DNA from: Nitrospirota bacterium
GTDB lineage: Bacteria; Nitrospirota; UBA9217
Length of the DNA: 64,000 nucleotides
NCBI GenBank assembly: GCA_963796285.1
Contig: CAWCKW010000012.1
Coordinates: 1,568,001-1,632,000 of the forward strand
Reading direction: 5' to 3'
Shown here: positions 41,646-51,888 of the stretch, in pieces
Position numbering within the stretch: the stretch's first letter is position 1
Layout of the letters: every line of letters begins with the position of its first letter
Translations under genes and position numbers: made by a program
Notes under the pieces: model-generated
Seen by the model: only the letters and a program-made list of their open reading frames with translations
What the model was told of the DNA's origin: nothing
The model's database searches: none

Positions 41646-42694
41646 CTGTCGCCCGGCCTCCTAATTGCAAGCCCCACTGCCACCGCGCACAAAGGGGCTG
41701 ACTCCGCTATCACCATGGATTCAAAGCGCTTCGGATCGACCTTGATCTTCTTAAACGGATCGACGACCTCTACCGGGACCTCAAGCCGTCCGGACAGAAC
41801 CGTGATAAAATTCCCTATCCGTGCGCATCCGCCGGAGACCAGCACCCGTGACACCTTGTCACTGCCTGTCGTGGAACGGAAGAATTCGAAGGACCTCTGC
41901 GTCTCGGCAACGATATCGTCCGTAACCGACGACATCACGCTGGCGAGCTGCTCCTGATCGGCGCCTTCCACCTCTTCGCCCCTCTTCACCTTTTCCGCAT
42001 CTTCATAGGTAAAACCAAAATCCCGCTGGAGCGCCTCGGTATAACGGTTGCCGCCTACCGTAATATCACGGGTAAAGATCGATACCCCGTCCTTCAGGAT
42101 ATTGATATTCATCACCGAAGCTCCAATATTGAGAAGGGCCGTTGTCCCTTCCTCAATTGTATAGTTGAGCTCATACATGTTCGCCAGCGCAAAAGCGTCG
42201 ACATCCATGACCACCGGCTCCAATCCCGCTTCTTTGACGAGATTGACATAATCGTTTATTTTGTCTTTCTTTACAGCTACCAGCAGCACATCCGCTTGCC
42301 CTTCGACGGCGCCTGCCCCGAGCTTTTGAAAATCTACATTCACGTCATCAATGGAAAAGGGGATGTACTGCTCCGCCTCCCATTTGATGGATTCCGCCAG
42401 CTCTTCATCAGTCATATCAGCAACGGAAACGCGCTTGATAATGACCGAGCTGCCGGAGACCGAGATCACGACCTCCTTGGTCGTTACCTTCTGGGAGACA
42501 AGAAGTTCCCTGATGGCCTCAACTACCCGTCCGGCATCCATTACCGCGCCCTCCACGATTACCTCGGGCGGTAACGGTACCATGCCGAATTTAATCAGCT
42601 GATAGTTTTTATTCGAGCCCTTCAGCTGGACAAGTTTAATAAAGGTTGATCCTATGTCCAGTGCGATCGGCTCAATTTTCTTGGAAAAAATCAT
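41642..42694 (-). CDS. pilM: PilM
   Basis: ALDIGS..IKLVQL, WEAEQYIPF, VLVSGG, AVAVGLAIR; likely start MIFSKK. Confidence 0.96.
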   Translation of the reverse strand: MIFSKKIEPIALDIGSTFIKLVQLKGSNKNYQLIKFGMVPLPPEVIVEGAVMDAGRVVEAIRELLVSQKVTTKEVVISVSGSSVIIKRVSVADMTDEELAESIKWEAEQYIPFSIDDVNVDFQKLGAGAVEGQADVLLVAVKKDKINDYVNLVKEAGLEPVVMDVDAFALANMYELNYTIEEGTTALLNIGASVMNINILKDGVSIFTRDITVGGNRYTEALQRDFGFTYEDAEKVKRGEEVEGADQEQLASVMSSVTDDIVAETQRSFEFFRSTTGSDKVSRVLVSGGCARIGNFITVLSGRLEVPVEVVDPFKKIKVDPKRFESMVIAESAPLCAVAVGLAIRRPGDR

Positions 42695-42723
42695 TTTCAC
42701 TCCACAAACGAGGGTGCTATATA

Positions 42724-42925
42724 TCAACCGGCGTTTTTGCCCTTCATGATCTTTTCGATAGCCTTCACGTTGCTCTCGCTGTATATCCTCCAGCCCACGC
42801 CAGTCACGCCCCACTTCCGTCAGCAAACCTTCGCTCTCCCACCGAAAAAGCGTGGCCCGCGATATATCGAAACGATTGCAGATATCGCTTGTTTTATACT
42901 TTTTCGAGCTTTTGCGTGTAGCCAT
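42724..42925 (-). CDS. Small MerR-type HTH protein, one extra base near 42795
   Basis: Removing one G gives MATRKSSKKYKTSDICNRFDISRATLFRWESEGLLTEVGRDWRGWRIYSESNVKAIEKIMKGKNAG*. Confidence 0.85.
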
Positions 42926-42977
42926 GGCACCCTCTCTTAATACGTTACTAATAATATTTATAGTAAGTATAGTTATG

Positions 42978-43005
42978 ATGATACTTAAAAAAATATTATT
43001 GTCAA
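42978..43005 (-). promoter_or_regulatory. Sigma70-like promoter of the pil operon
   Basis: TTGACA-N16-TATCAT within a very AT-rich region. Confidence 0.5.
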
Positions 43006-43119
43006 GTTTTTTTTATGTTTTATTATATTTTATTTTTAAAGCGGACGGCACTATGCGAGATATTGTATCGGGATGAGAAAAAGGCACTATATGTTGGATA
43101 TCCACTGGAAGCTGTGCTG

Positions 43120-43737
43120 TTACGCCACGTACAGATAAATCGTGAAATAATGGCAGGCACTTCCAGCCAGCACAAAGAGATGAAAGATTCCATGGCTGTG
43201 AGCAAGTTTTTTATCAAGGGCGTAGAAAATAACTCCAATGGTATAGAACAGTCCCCCGGCAACCAGCAAGGTCATGCCTGCACCCGGAAGAGCCCGAGAG
43301 AGCGGGCGAATAGCAACCATAGCGATCCAGCCCATCAGCAAGTAAATCATCACAGAGAGGATGCCCCGGCGTTTCGCAAACAGGAGGTCTTGAAGAATAC
43401 CGATCACGGCAAGCCCCCAGACCACAGCGAACAGAGACCATCCCCAGGGTCCGTGCAGGGTAACGAGGGTAAAAGGGGTATAGCTTCCGGCGATGAGCAG
43501 ATAAATTGCACTGTGATCGAGTTTTTGGAAGACCTTCTTCGATGCTCCCTTGATACTGTGGTAAAGAGTAGAAGAAGTATACAGTGTCACAAGCGTGCCG
43601 CCGTAGATGCTGCAACTGACGATCTTCCAGGGGTCACCCGTAAGAGCTGCGCGAGCCACCAGAAAAATAAGGCCAACAACCGCAAGTACGACTCCCAGGA
43701 GATGGGTAATACTATTCATCCTCTCACCATGATACAT
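43120..43737 (-). CDS. Hemolysin III/PAQR family membrane protein
   Basis: NSITH, SSTLYH, DHSAIYLLIAGSYTP, HGIFHLFV. Confidence 0.95.
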   Translation of the reverse strand: MYHGERMNSITHLLGVVLAVVGLIFLVARAALTGDPWKIVSCSIYGGTLVTLYTSSTLYHSIKGASKKVFQKLDHSAIYLLIAGSYTPFTLVTLHGPWGWSLFAVVWGLAVIGILQDLLFAKRRGILSVMIYLLMGWIAMVAIRPLSRALPGAGMTLLVAGGLFYTIGVIFYALDKKLAHSHGIFHLFVLAGSACHYFTIYLYVA

Positions 43738-43783
43738 AGATGATCCTCTCGCCTCGCCGCATTTCTTAAGCCTGCCGACAAAC

Positions 43784-43813
43784 AAAAAAGGAGAGGCCCC
43801 TGCGGCCTCTCCT
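43784..43813 (-). terminator. Terminator after cooS
   Basis: AGGAGAGGCC / GGCCTCTCCT followed by a T-tract. Confidence 0.85.
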
Positions 43814-43837
43814 CAAGATAGCTCGACGTACTGAATC

Positions 43838-45818
43838 TTATATATCCACTCCGTGCGGGGTCGCGAAGGAACCGCGCCGTGCGGCCATATCCATAAGCAC
43901 GCGCTCCGTGCCGAACCTGCCGGACTCGTACTTGCGGATCTTGAGCTTTTCCCTGGCGGTATCGATAAGTTTCAAGGTCAGTTCGAGGATCTTGCCCGGG
44001 TCTTCCTCGAAGTAGAAGCCGGCTGTCAGCAGGTCCCACCACTTGTTTTCCATGATGTCCTTGAGCGTCTTGCTGGCCGCCACCGGGGAGCCCGCGCCGA
44101 AGATGATCGGCACGCCGGAAGCGACGAAATAGGTGCCGATGGCGATGGCCTTTTCGCTCATCCACTCTGGAGCAATGCCGACCGCAGGCAGGCCGCCGAT
44201 GTCGTCGCCGAGACCGCCCGCTTCGGCGATATGGGACGCGATGGTCAGGATGCGCGAGTTGTCCACGCAGGAGCCGAGATGGAGCACCGGCGGGATGCCG
44301 ATGGCCTCGCACACTTCCCGGAGGCCGGGGCCTGCGTTTTCCAGGGCATTCTCCGGCGTCATGTAGCCCGCCTTGGCCGAGGCATGCGCCGAGCACCCCG
44401 TCTGGACCACGAGGACGTCGTTCTTGATCAGCTCCCGCGTCAGGAAATTGTGGAGGCTGTCCTGGCAGATCCGCGGATTGTTGCAGCCCGCGAGGCCCAC
44501 CACGCCGCGGATACGGCCGGCGATGATGGCATCATTCAGAGGCCGGTACGAGCCGCGGTACAACCCGCCCTGCATGTACTCGATGTACTCATCGGAGAAT
44601 CCGGCGATCATATCGGCTGGCTTGACATCAACCGGAGACAACGTCTTCTTTTTTGCGATTCGGGAAGTTATCGATCGCAAGCCGCACGGCCTTCTTGGCA
44701 ATTTCCAGGCCGTGATGCTCATCGTATTCAATATGAATGGCATCCTTCATTTTACCTTTGGTCGTCGTCGTGATGATCTTCGTATGGTATTTCTTCGACA
44801 GTTCGCCGATGGCGGGCATGATGCACTGCACGTCCACGACCATTGCCTCGATCATACCGGTGACGAGGCCCAGTTCCTGCTGCAGGAACCCGCCCGCCGT
44901 GGCGATGCCGTGCCGCACAAGGATCTCGTTCGCGGTGCAGCACATACCGACAAGGTTCACTCCCTTGGCGCCCTTTGACTTGGCATAGGCCGTCATCTCC
45001 GGATCGTCCACCGCGACGACCAGCATCTCGGCGAATGACGGTTCATGCCCGTGCACGACGAGATTAACGTAGTCTTCCTTGAAGACATCGAGGCTGGCCT
45101 TCGCCGTCACCGGTTTTGGGGTGCCAAAAAGGATGTCCGATATGTCCGTGCCCATCATGGACCCGCCCCAGCCGTCAGCGAGCGATGTCCGCATGGCCCC
45201 GAGCATGATATTGTTCACTTCCTGGTCCACACCCATGGTGGTACGGTGCATCATTTCGACCACTTCACGGTCAATGGCACGCGGCGCAATGCCGAGCTTT
45301 TTCCAGATCTCCTGGCGTTTTTTGGGAGCGCGGGACAGATAGGCGAGCTCTCCCCGCTGCTGGCCGAACTGTTCGAGGAACTTGAGCGCGACCTTCTCAG
45401 CCACTTCATTCACGGACTTGCCTTCCACATTGATGCCGAGATAACCGGCAACGCGGTTCAGTTTCCGGACGTCCTTGATCTGAAAATCCTTCGCCTCGCC
45501 GCGCGCCACTGCCAGCAGCGTGTTCGCGAGGTCTCTCGCATGGTCCGAGTGCGCCGCCGTGCCCGCAGCCACCATGCGCGCAAAATTCCTCGCGGTCACT
45601 ACCGGCAGGGTCGCGCCGCAGACGCCTTCGGCAATTTCTTCTTTGCCGACCAGCCGGCAGGGACCCATATGGCACATCTTGCAGCACGCGCCCGTGGCGC
45701 CGATGGGGCAGGGTTTGAGCTTCTCCGCCCTCTCAAAAGACGTCGTTATGTTTTTCTCTCCGGCCTTTTTCAGCAGGACTTGCGCGGCCGGATCAACGGA
45801 TTTCATATCTTCTCTCAT
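43838..45818 (-). CDS. cooS: Anaerobic Ni,Fe carbon-monoxide dehydrogenase catalytic subunit, frameshift near 44640
   Basis: D/B cluster CPIG...CCKMCHMGPC..VCGA; AHSDH; C-cluster HGHEP, GMCCTANE, VDVQC, AGCNN, TGCSA, GSCVDN; WMSEKA. Confidence 0.96.
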
Positions 45819-45949
45819 AGTGAGTCAGAACTCCTTTTCTAACGGAGACTAAAGCGTCCCCTATTTTAAGTCATTGCTATTATACGAAAAAAAGAACAAA
45901 AAAACCACATCTTAGTTAACGCAATAGGCGGTGTTCCGCCTTCCCGCGG

Positions 45950-48115
45950 TTATTTCTGGAGCGCCGGTTGCCGGACCACGATCACCTTGGAAACGCCGGA
46001 AGCGGCAAGCAGTCCCTGATTCATGGCCAAAATCAGTACCGAGGCATATACGGCATAGGGTTTCGCGGCCACGGCATCTACCGGCTTGAATGACCCGGCT
46101 CCGAGCTTCCCGGTCTTTACTTTCTTGACCGCAGCAGCTATATCTTTTGATTTGAACGCCTTTGTCTTGCTTACTGCCGCTGATATCTCCGATGCTATCT
46201 CCGCACCGTCCTTTGCGTCGCCCGCAGGCTGCTGCACCGGCGCAACGGTCTTGACCGCACCGTATGTATTCATGACCGTCCCGTGTTTCTCATAAAGCGC
46301 TGTCATGGGAAGCACGAGGTCCGCTTTTTCCGCTAGAGCGCGTCATATGGCTCGCTTGGACAATAAGCATGTCGGATTTGAAATCGGTATCACCAACATT
46401 ACCGGCAACGAAAAGCGCCTTCATACCGGACTTCATTTCGCTATAGTCCTTACCCGTCTTTTTCACCTTGGCGGCGCCAGGACCCCTGTCAGGTACGCAA
46501 CCCATCTGGATCGCTCCCAGTGCGTTCGCCTCAAGCATGAGCGGCAACACTCCTGCGTTCTTCATGAGGGCGAGATTCAGGGCCTGAAGCGAAGCATCTT
46601 CGTTCGCCGAGATGCCGGTACCGATAATAACCACTGGCTGCTTAGCCGCGGCAAAGACCTTGCCTGCATTCGTGATCAGCTCGGCTGATACACCGGACGT
46701 AGATGCGGCGCTGTCGATGCTGAGGAGGGATTTTTTCAAAGCATCGAGCCCCTTGGCCGAGGAAGTGGCCCCCTCAGCTATCGAGGCGCTTATGAGGCCT
46801 GCGAGCAGGACTGTGTCGGTCCCTTCCTTGAGCTGGAGATGGATGGCATTCTGATGACCTGCAAGCTCGATCTTCTCCGGGTTTACAACAATGACCTTTG
46901 CCCCTGCCTGGGCCCTTCTCCGGACCATGACCTCCACTTCCTGGAGTGACTGCTTCTTCTGTGACGGATCGGCGCCGATCAGCACGACGACGTCAGCGGA
47001 TTTGAGATCAGCCTGGGTCGCGATGGTGATACCCGCCTCTCCATAGACGGCACGGAGGGACGAGATCAAGCCGCCGGCATACACCGATGCCGGGGTATCG
47101 ATATTCGCGCTTCCCGAAACGGTCGCGTGCAAGCTCCTGGACCGCGTACGCCTCTTCGTTCGTGAGAGAGCCGGCGGCAATGAAGCCCGCATTCGCCCCT
47201 GCCTTTTTGAGCGCATCGGCCGCGATCTTGGCGGCATCTTCCCAGGAGGTGGGCACGAGTTTGCTGCCTTGTTTCTTCATTGGGGTCATGATGCGATTTG
47301 GGGCCTTCAATGAATCGAATCCGAAACGGCCGATAGCGCAGATATAGCCATTGTCCTCTTTCGCATTCACCTTTACGATCTTGCCGTCCTTGCTGCTCGT
47401 GATCACGCTGCATGCCGGACCCGCAGGCCGTGCAGACGGTGTCGTGCTTCTCGAGGTCCCACTCCCTGCCGTGCTGCCAGCGGTCGCGCTCCATGATCGC
47501 GTTTACCGGGCAGGCGTCCACGCAGGACCCGCAGAAGGTGCAGCCCGAATCCTGGAGCGGCTTGTCCATCGCTGTCGTTACCTTGGTGGTGATGCCGCGG
47601 CCCATGAAGTCGAGTACGTTCGTGTTCTGCTCCTTGCAGACCCGGACGCAGCTGCCGCAGAGGATGCAGTAGTTGTTGTCGATGGTGATGAAGGGGCTCC
47701 GGTCGTTCAGCGGATAGTTGAAGCTCTTCCTGCCGAATGACGATTCCTGGATCTTCAGGTCTCCTGCATAGCGCTGGAGGTCGCAGGCGCCTGCCTTGGG
47801 GCAGGTCATGCAATCCAGCGGATGAAAGGACAGCACCAGGTCGGTCACGAACTTCCGGATCTCCTCGACCTTCGGGGTACTGGTCTGGACCTTCATGCCT
47901 TCCTTGGTCCTGGTTGTGCAGCCGGTGACCGGCGTTTTCATGCCCTCGATCTCCACCATGCACATGCGGCACGCACCCACGCCCCTGAGCTCCTTGATAT
48001 GGCACAGGTTCGGAATGTGGATCCCTACGGTCGCCGCTGCGTCCACAAGGGTCATGCCCTCGGGAACTGATACAGCCTTGCCGTCAAATTCCATGTTTAC
48101 CATCTTGGTCGTCAT
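45950..48115 (-). CDS. NuoG/HydA-N-like Fe-S subunit with a degenerate molybdopterin scaffold, about 3 frameshifts
   Basis: [2Fe-2S] C..GACRMC..C; HPLDCMTCPKAGAC; CILCGSCVRVC; CTFCGSCVDACP; CTACGSGC..YIC; NIDTPASVY where Fdh has a Cys/Sec Mo ligand. Confidence 0.85.
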
Positions 48116-48136
48116 CAGCAGCCTCCATGAAAAAAC

Positions 48137-48274
48137 AATATCTAAATTTCAAATTCCAAATTACAAATAATCACCAATATCCAAATGCCAATAATCAAAC
48201 AATTTGGAGCCTCAACTTTGGTTATTGGAATTGATTTGATATTTGGCGCTTGGTTACTTGGTTATTGGTGCTTG
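48137..48274. repeat. AT-rich heptamer palindromic repeat inside the operon
   Basis: AAATTTC AAATTCC AAATTAC AAATAAT..; opposite arm TTGGTTA TTGGAAT..TTGGTTA(C)TTGGTTATTGG. Confidence 0.75.
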
Positions 48275-48287
48275 ATCTCTCACTTAC

Positions 48288-48965
48288 TTATTTCCCGCAA
48301 CGGCCTCTTCTGCCGGCATGTTCGCGTGAAGAGAACAGGCGGGCAACCCTCCAAGCGCATTTGAACGAACATCGCAGGTGCAGACCAGCGTCCGCACCGG
48401 CTCCGCGGTTACCAGCCTCGCGGTCCTTTTCGACGATCACGACAGCGTTCTCGGGACAGACCTTGATGCATTCTCCGCAGTGGGTGCACCGCTGCTGCCT
48501 GATGCGGTAGGGCTTGAACCCGCCTTTATACGGCTGTACCTTCTGGCCCTCGATCGCGTTGTCCTTGCAGACCTCGCGGCATTTGTCGCACATGGTGCAC
48601 AGCGCAGCGTTGATCTCGTACCGGATTAGCTGCTTGCATTCATGATGCGTACAGACACCCTGGATATGCCGCTCGAGGTCGCTGGCGCTAGTTGCCAGAA
48701 ACGCGGCCAGGATATCGGCATGGTCCTTGCCTTTTTTGCACATGCTGCCGTCCTTCACATCAACGGCGATGCGTTTGAGCTGGGCAACGTACTTATCCAC
48801 GCCCTTCCCGGCCTGGATCGCTTCAAGGATCTTGATCGCATCGAAAATACCAAGCTTGCAGGGATGGCACTTGGAGCACATGCCGTCCTTGGATTCGTCG
48901 TAATAGAAATATTTCAGTTTCGCCCGCGTGGCATTGACCGGGCACTTATTTTCTTGTTTCGGCAT
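48288..48965 (-). CDS. Stand-alone NuoF/HydB C-terminal-like Fe-S protein
   Basis: GMCSKCHPCKLG..SMCKKG; HIQGVCTHHEC; CTMCDKCREVC and CTHCGECIKVCP; the tail may be frameshifted. Confidence 0.85.
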   Translation of the reverse strand: MPKQENKCPVNATRAKLKYFYYDESKDGMCSKCHPCKLGIFDAIKILEAIQAGKGVDKYVAQLKRIAVDVKDGSMCKKGKDHADILAAFLATSASDLERHIQGVCTHHECKQLIRYEINAALCTMCDKCREVCKDNAIEGQKVQPYKGGFKPYRIRQQRCTHCGECIKVCPENAVVIVEKDREAGNRGAGADAGLHLRCSFKCAWRVARLFSSREHAGRRGRCGK

Positions 48966-50850
48966 GGGCCCTCCTCTTCTCGATCACAACGGCCTGGGTA
49001 GGACAGACGCTGTAGCACGCCTTGCACCGGGTGCAATAGTCCTGGTCGATAAAGAACTTGTCCCGAAGCTCCACCACGGCATCAAAGGCGCAGGCTTGTT
49101 TGCAGAGACCGCAGAGAATGCAGTGCTCGGGCAGGATCCGGTATGACCCCATGCCCTGGCAGCGCTTGGCACGGCAGTACTTGTCATTCACATGCTCTTC
49201 GTATTCTTCGCGGAAATATTTGATCGTTGAGAGCACCGGGTTCGGCGCGCTGTTGCCCAGGCCGCAGAGCGATCCGGCCACGACCAGCTTGCCCATTTTT
49301 TCGAGCCGCTCGATGTCGCCCTTTTCCCCCCGTCCCGCGGTGATCTTGTCAAGGAGTCTCATACATCTGCCACGTGCCGACGCGGCAGGGAGGACATTTG
49401 CCGCAGGATTCGCTTTTGGTAAAGGAAAGGAAGAACTTGGCCACGTCCACCATGCAGTCGTCCTCGTCCAGCACCACCATGCCGCCGGAGCCCATGATGG
49501 ACCCCACCGTCGCCAGGGTGTCGAAGTCCACCTGCATGTCGAGGAACTGGGCCGGGATGCAGCCGCCGGACGGGCCGCCGGTCTGGACCGCCTTGAACTG
49601 CCTTTCCGGGTTCAGCATGCCGCCGCCGATGTCGAAGATGATCTCGCGCAGCGTGATGCCCATGGGCACCTCGATGAGGCCCGTGTTCTTGATCTTGCCC
49701 GTGAGGGCGAAGACCTTGGTCCCTTTTGACTTTTCCGTGCCGATCTTTGTATAATAATCAAGCCCCTTGGTGATGATCGTGGGAACATTGGCAAAGGTCT
49801 CGACGTTGTTCAGGTTCGTGGGCATGTTCCAGAGGCCGCCCGCCGCTTCGGAGAGACGCGGAGGACGGGGACGCGGCATGCCGCGTTCGCCCTCGATGGA
49901 AGCGACCAGCGCCGTGGATTCGCCGCACACGAATGCACCCGCGCCTTCCTTGATCTCAATGTCGAATTCAAAGTTCTGAGCCCAGGATATTTTTGCCCAG
50001 GAGCCCCATGGCACGTGCCTGCTTGATGGCGATACCGAGGTTTTTCACGGCAAGGGGATATTCGTGCCGTGACGTAGATATATCCGTATTGCGCGCCGAT
50101 GGCATAGGCATTAATGAGCATGCCCTCCATGACGGAATGAGGATCGCCCTCCATCAGGGAGCGGTCCATGAACGCGCCCGGGTCGCCTTCGTCGCCATTG
50201 CACACTACGGCCTTGATCTTGGCGCCTGATTTTTTCGTATGCTCCCACTTGAGGCCTGCCGGGAAAGCCTGCGCCGCCGCGTCCGCGGAGACCGGATTTT
50301 TTGACGATATCAATGACTTCGTCGGGCTTCATCTCGGTCAGCACCTTGGCTAGGCCGGCATACCCGTCCTCGCGGATGGAATCGTGGATATTGCAGGGGT
50401 CGACGACGCCGTTCCTATGGAGCGCCAGGCGCTTCTGCTTCTTGTAGAAGGGGATATCCTGCATCCTCTCGTTCGGATCGGACAGAGGGAACTCGCGGTA
50501 GAGCTGTTTGCGGTAGGGCACGCCGTGGAGCACGGAATCGGAGAAGAGGGTCGGCACGTCCGCCACCTTCACCTTCTGGTAAAAGATCTCCTGCGGGTTC
50601 CTGGATCACCACCGGACCGCGCTGACAGAAGCCCTGGCAACCGGTCTTCACGATCTCGAGCTTGACCTGTTTTGCCGCCGCTTCTTCCTCGAATTTCTTA
50701 ACGAGTTTGTTGGATCCCGTTGCCTGACAGGCCGTACCGCAACAGACCCGCACCCTGTGCGCATCACTTTCCTCGTGTTCCTTCCGAAGCTTCTGGCGTA
50801 ACACATCCAGGTCCTTTGACGTTCTCCAGCCGTTTAAACGTGAGTTCCAT
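48946..50850 (-). CDS. HydB/NuoF-like flavin NAD(P)H-binding subunit, multiple frameshifts
   Basis: N-terminal CCGTAC..GCQGFC; [11 protein letters not shown]; [14 protein letters not shown]; FVCGESTAL; GGPSGG; [16 protein letters not shown]; two C-terminal ferredoxin motifs. Confidence 0.92.
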
Positions 50851-51322
50851 GTTCGCTCCTCACCGAATTGATAATGTCATCTACCATCTTGGGCGTCAGC
50901 TCGCCAAAGAGGTCCTTATCGTTGATCGTGACAACCGGCGCCAGCGCACAGCACCCCACGCATCCCACGGTCTCAAGGGTAACGGAGAGGTCCTTGGTGG
51001 TCTCTCCTTCCTTGATCCCGAGTTGCTGCTCCATCTCCGTAAGCACGGCCTTGCCTCCGCGCACATGGCAGGCGGTGCCCATGCAGACCTTGACGATGTT
51101 TTTACCCCGGGGCTTGAAATGAAAATGCTTGTAGAACGATGCAACACCGTAAACATTGTTGAGTGACAGGGACATCCGCTCAGCGATCATTTTCATCGCC
51201 TCTTCAGGCAAATACCCTAACTTCTCCTGGACCCGCTGGAGCACGGCAATAAGCATGCCCCGCTGACCGGCGGCTTCATCGAGAACAACATCAACCTTTT
51301 TAACGTCTTCTTGTTGGAGCAC
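50834..51322 (-). CDS. NuoE/HydC-like [2Fe-2S] subunit
   Basis: LIAVLQRVQ..GYLP, GVASFY, VCMGTACHVRG, VGCVGCCALAP; GGGAGG RBS with GTG start. Confidence 0.94.
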   Translation of the reverse strand: MLQQEDVKKVDVVLDEAAGQRGMLIAVLQRVQEKLGYLPEEAMKMIAERMSLSLNNVYGVASFYKHFHFKPRGKNIVKVCMGTACHVRGGKAVLTEMEQQLGIKEGETTKDLSVTLETVGCVGCCALAPVVTINDKDLFGELTPKMVDDIINSVRSEHGTHV

Positions 51323-51888
51323 GGTAAGAACCTCCCGACTGAAATTGCATAGAGAACAACCCGGACATCAGGTTAGCGTATTGATTTTTCATGGTGTTAC
51401 TGAAACGAGGTGTTGCCGTATTTCGTGACCAAGCGCGCAGAACAACCGCTTGATCCATTAAGGGAATGTCATATTAGCAACCACTTAATAAAAAATCAAG
51501 ACAAAATGTCATAAAATAATCTCATATGAAAATTATTAAACTCTATTTTATAATACAGCTTTTGAAAACAGATGAACCCACATTTCAAATAAATCAACAT
51601 GAACAACTATCATGTTGTAATCATTTACTTTTCCAGGCATCGAGCTGAGACATTCGAAGCACCCAAAACACGCTCCAGGAGACGCTCCCGTAACGAATGA
51701 GCATCCCCACAAAAAGATGAGGGGGGGACTTCGATTTCAAGTAATGCGCAATGATGCCTTTATTGGTTTAACTTGCTTCGGGATCAGGTGAATAAAGCGC
51801 AATGTATGACACCTTATGCCGGTTTGACAGGGATACTACCGCCTGCTATCATTCTCATTATCAGGTGAATGAAGGAGCGCGACGCAAG

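Noticed and set aside
41642-42925. 427-aa HTH-PilM fusion in the ORF track
   Set aside because: Removing one G restores the typical RDWRGWRIY HTH ending and a stop at 42724; pilM has its own start
45950-48115. Formate dehydrogenase or [FeFe]-hydrogenase call
   Set aside because: No Cys/Sec Mo ligand at the expected position and no H-cluster motifs
48137-48274. CRISPR-like array
   Set aside because: Units are 7 nt with no unique spacers, and there are no cas genes
48946-51322. Respiratory complex I operon
   Set aside because: No nuoA-D or nuoH-N nearby, and the flavoprotein has the extra HydB-type domains
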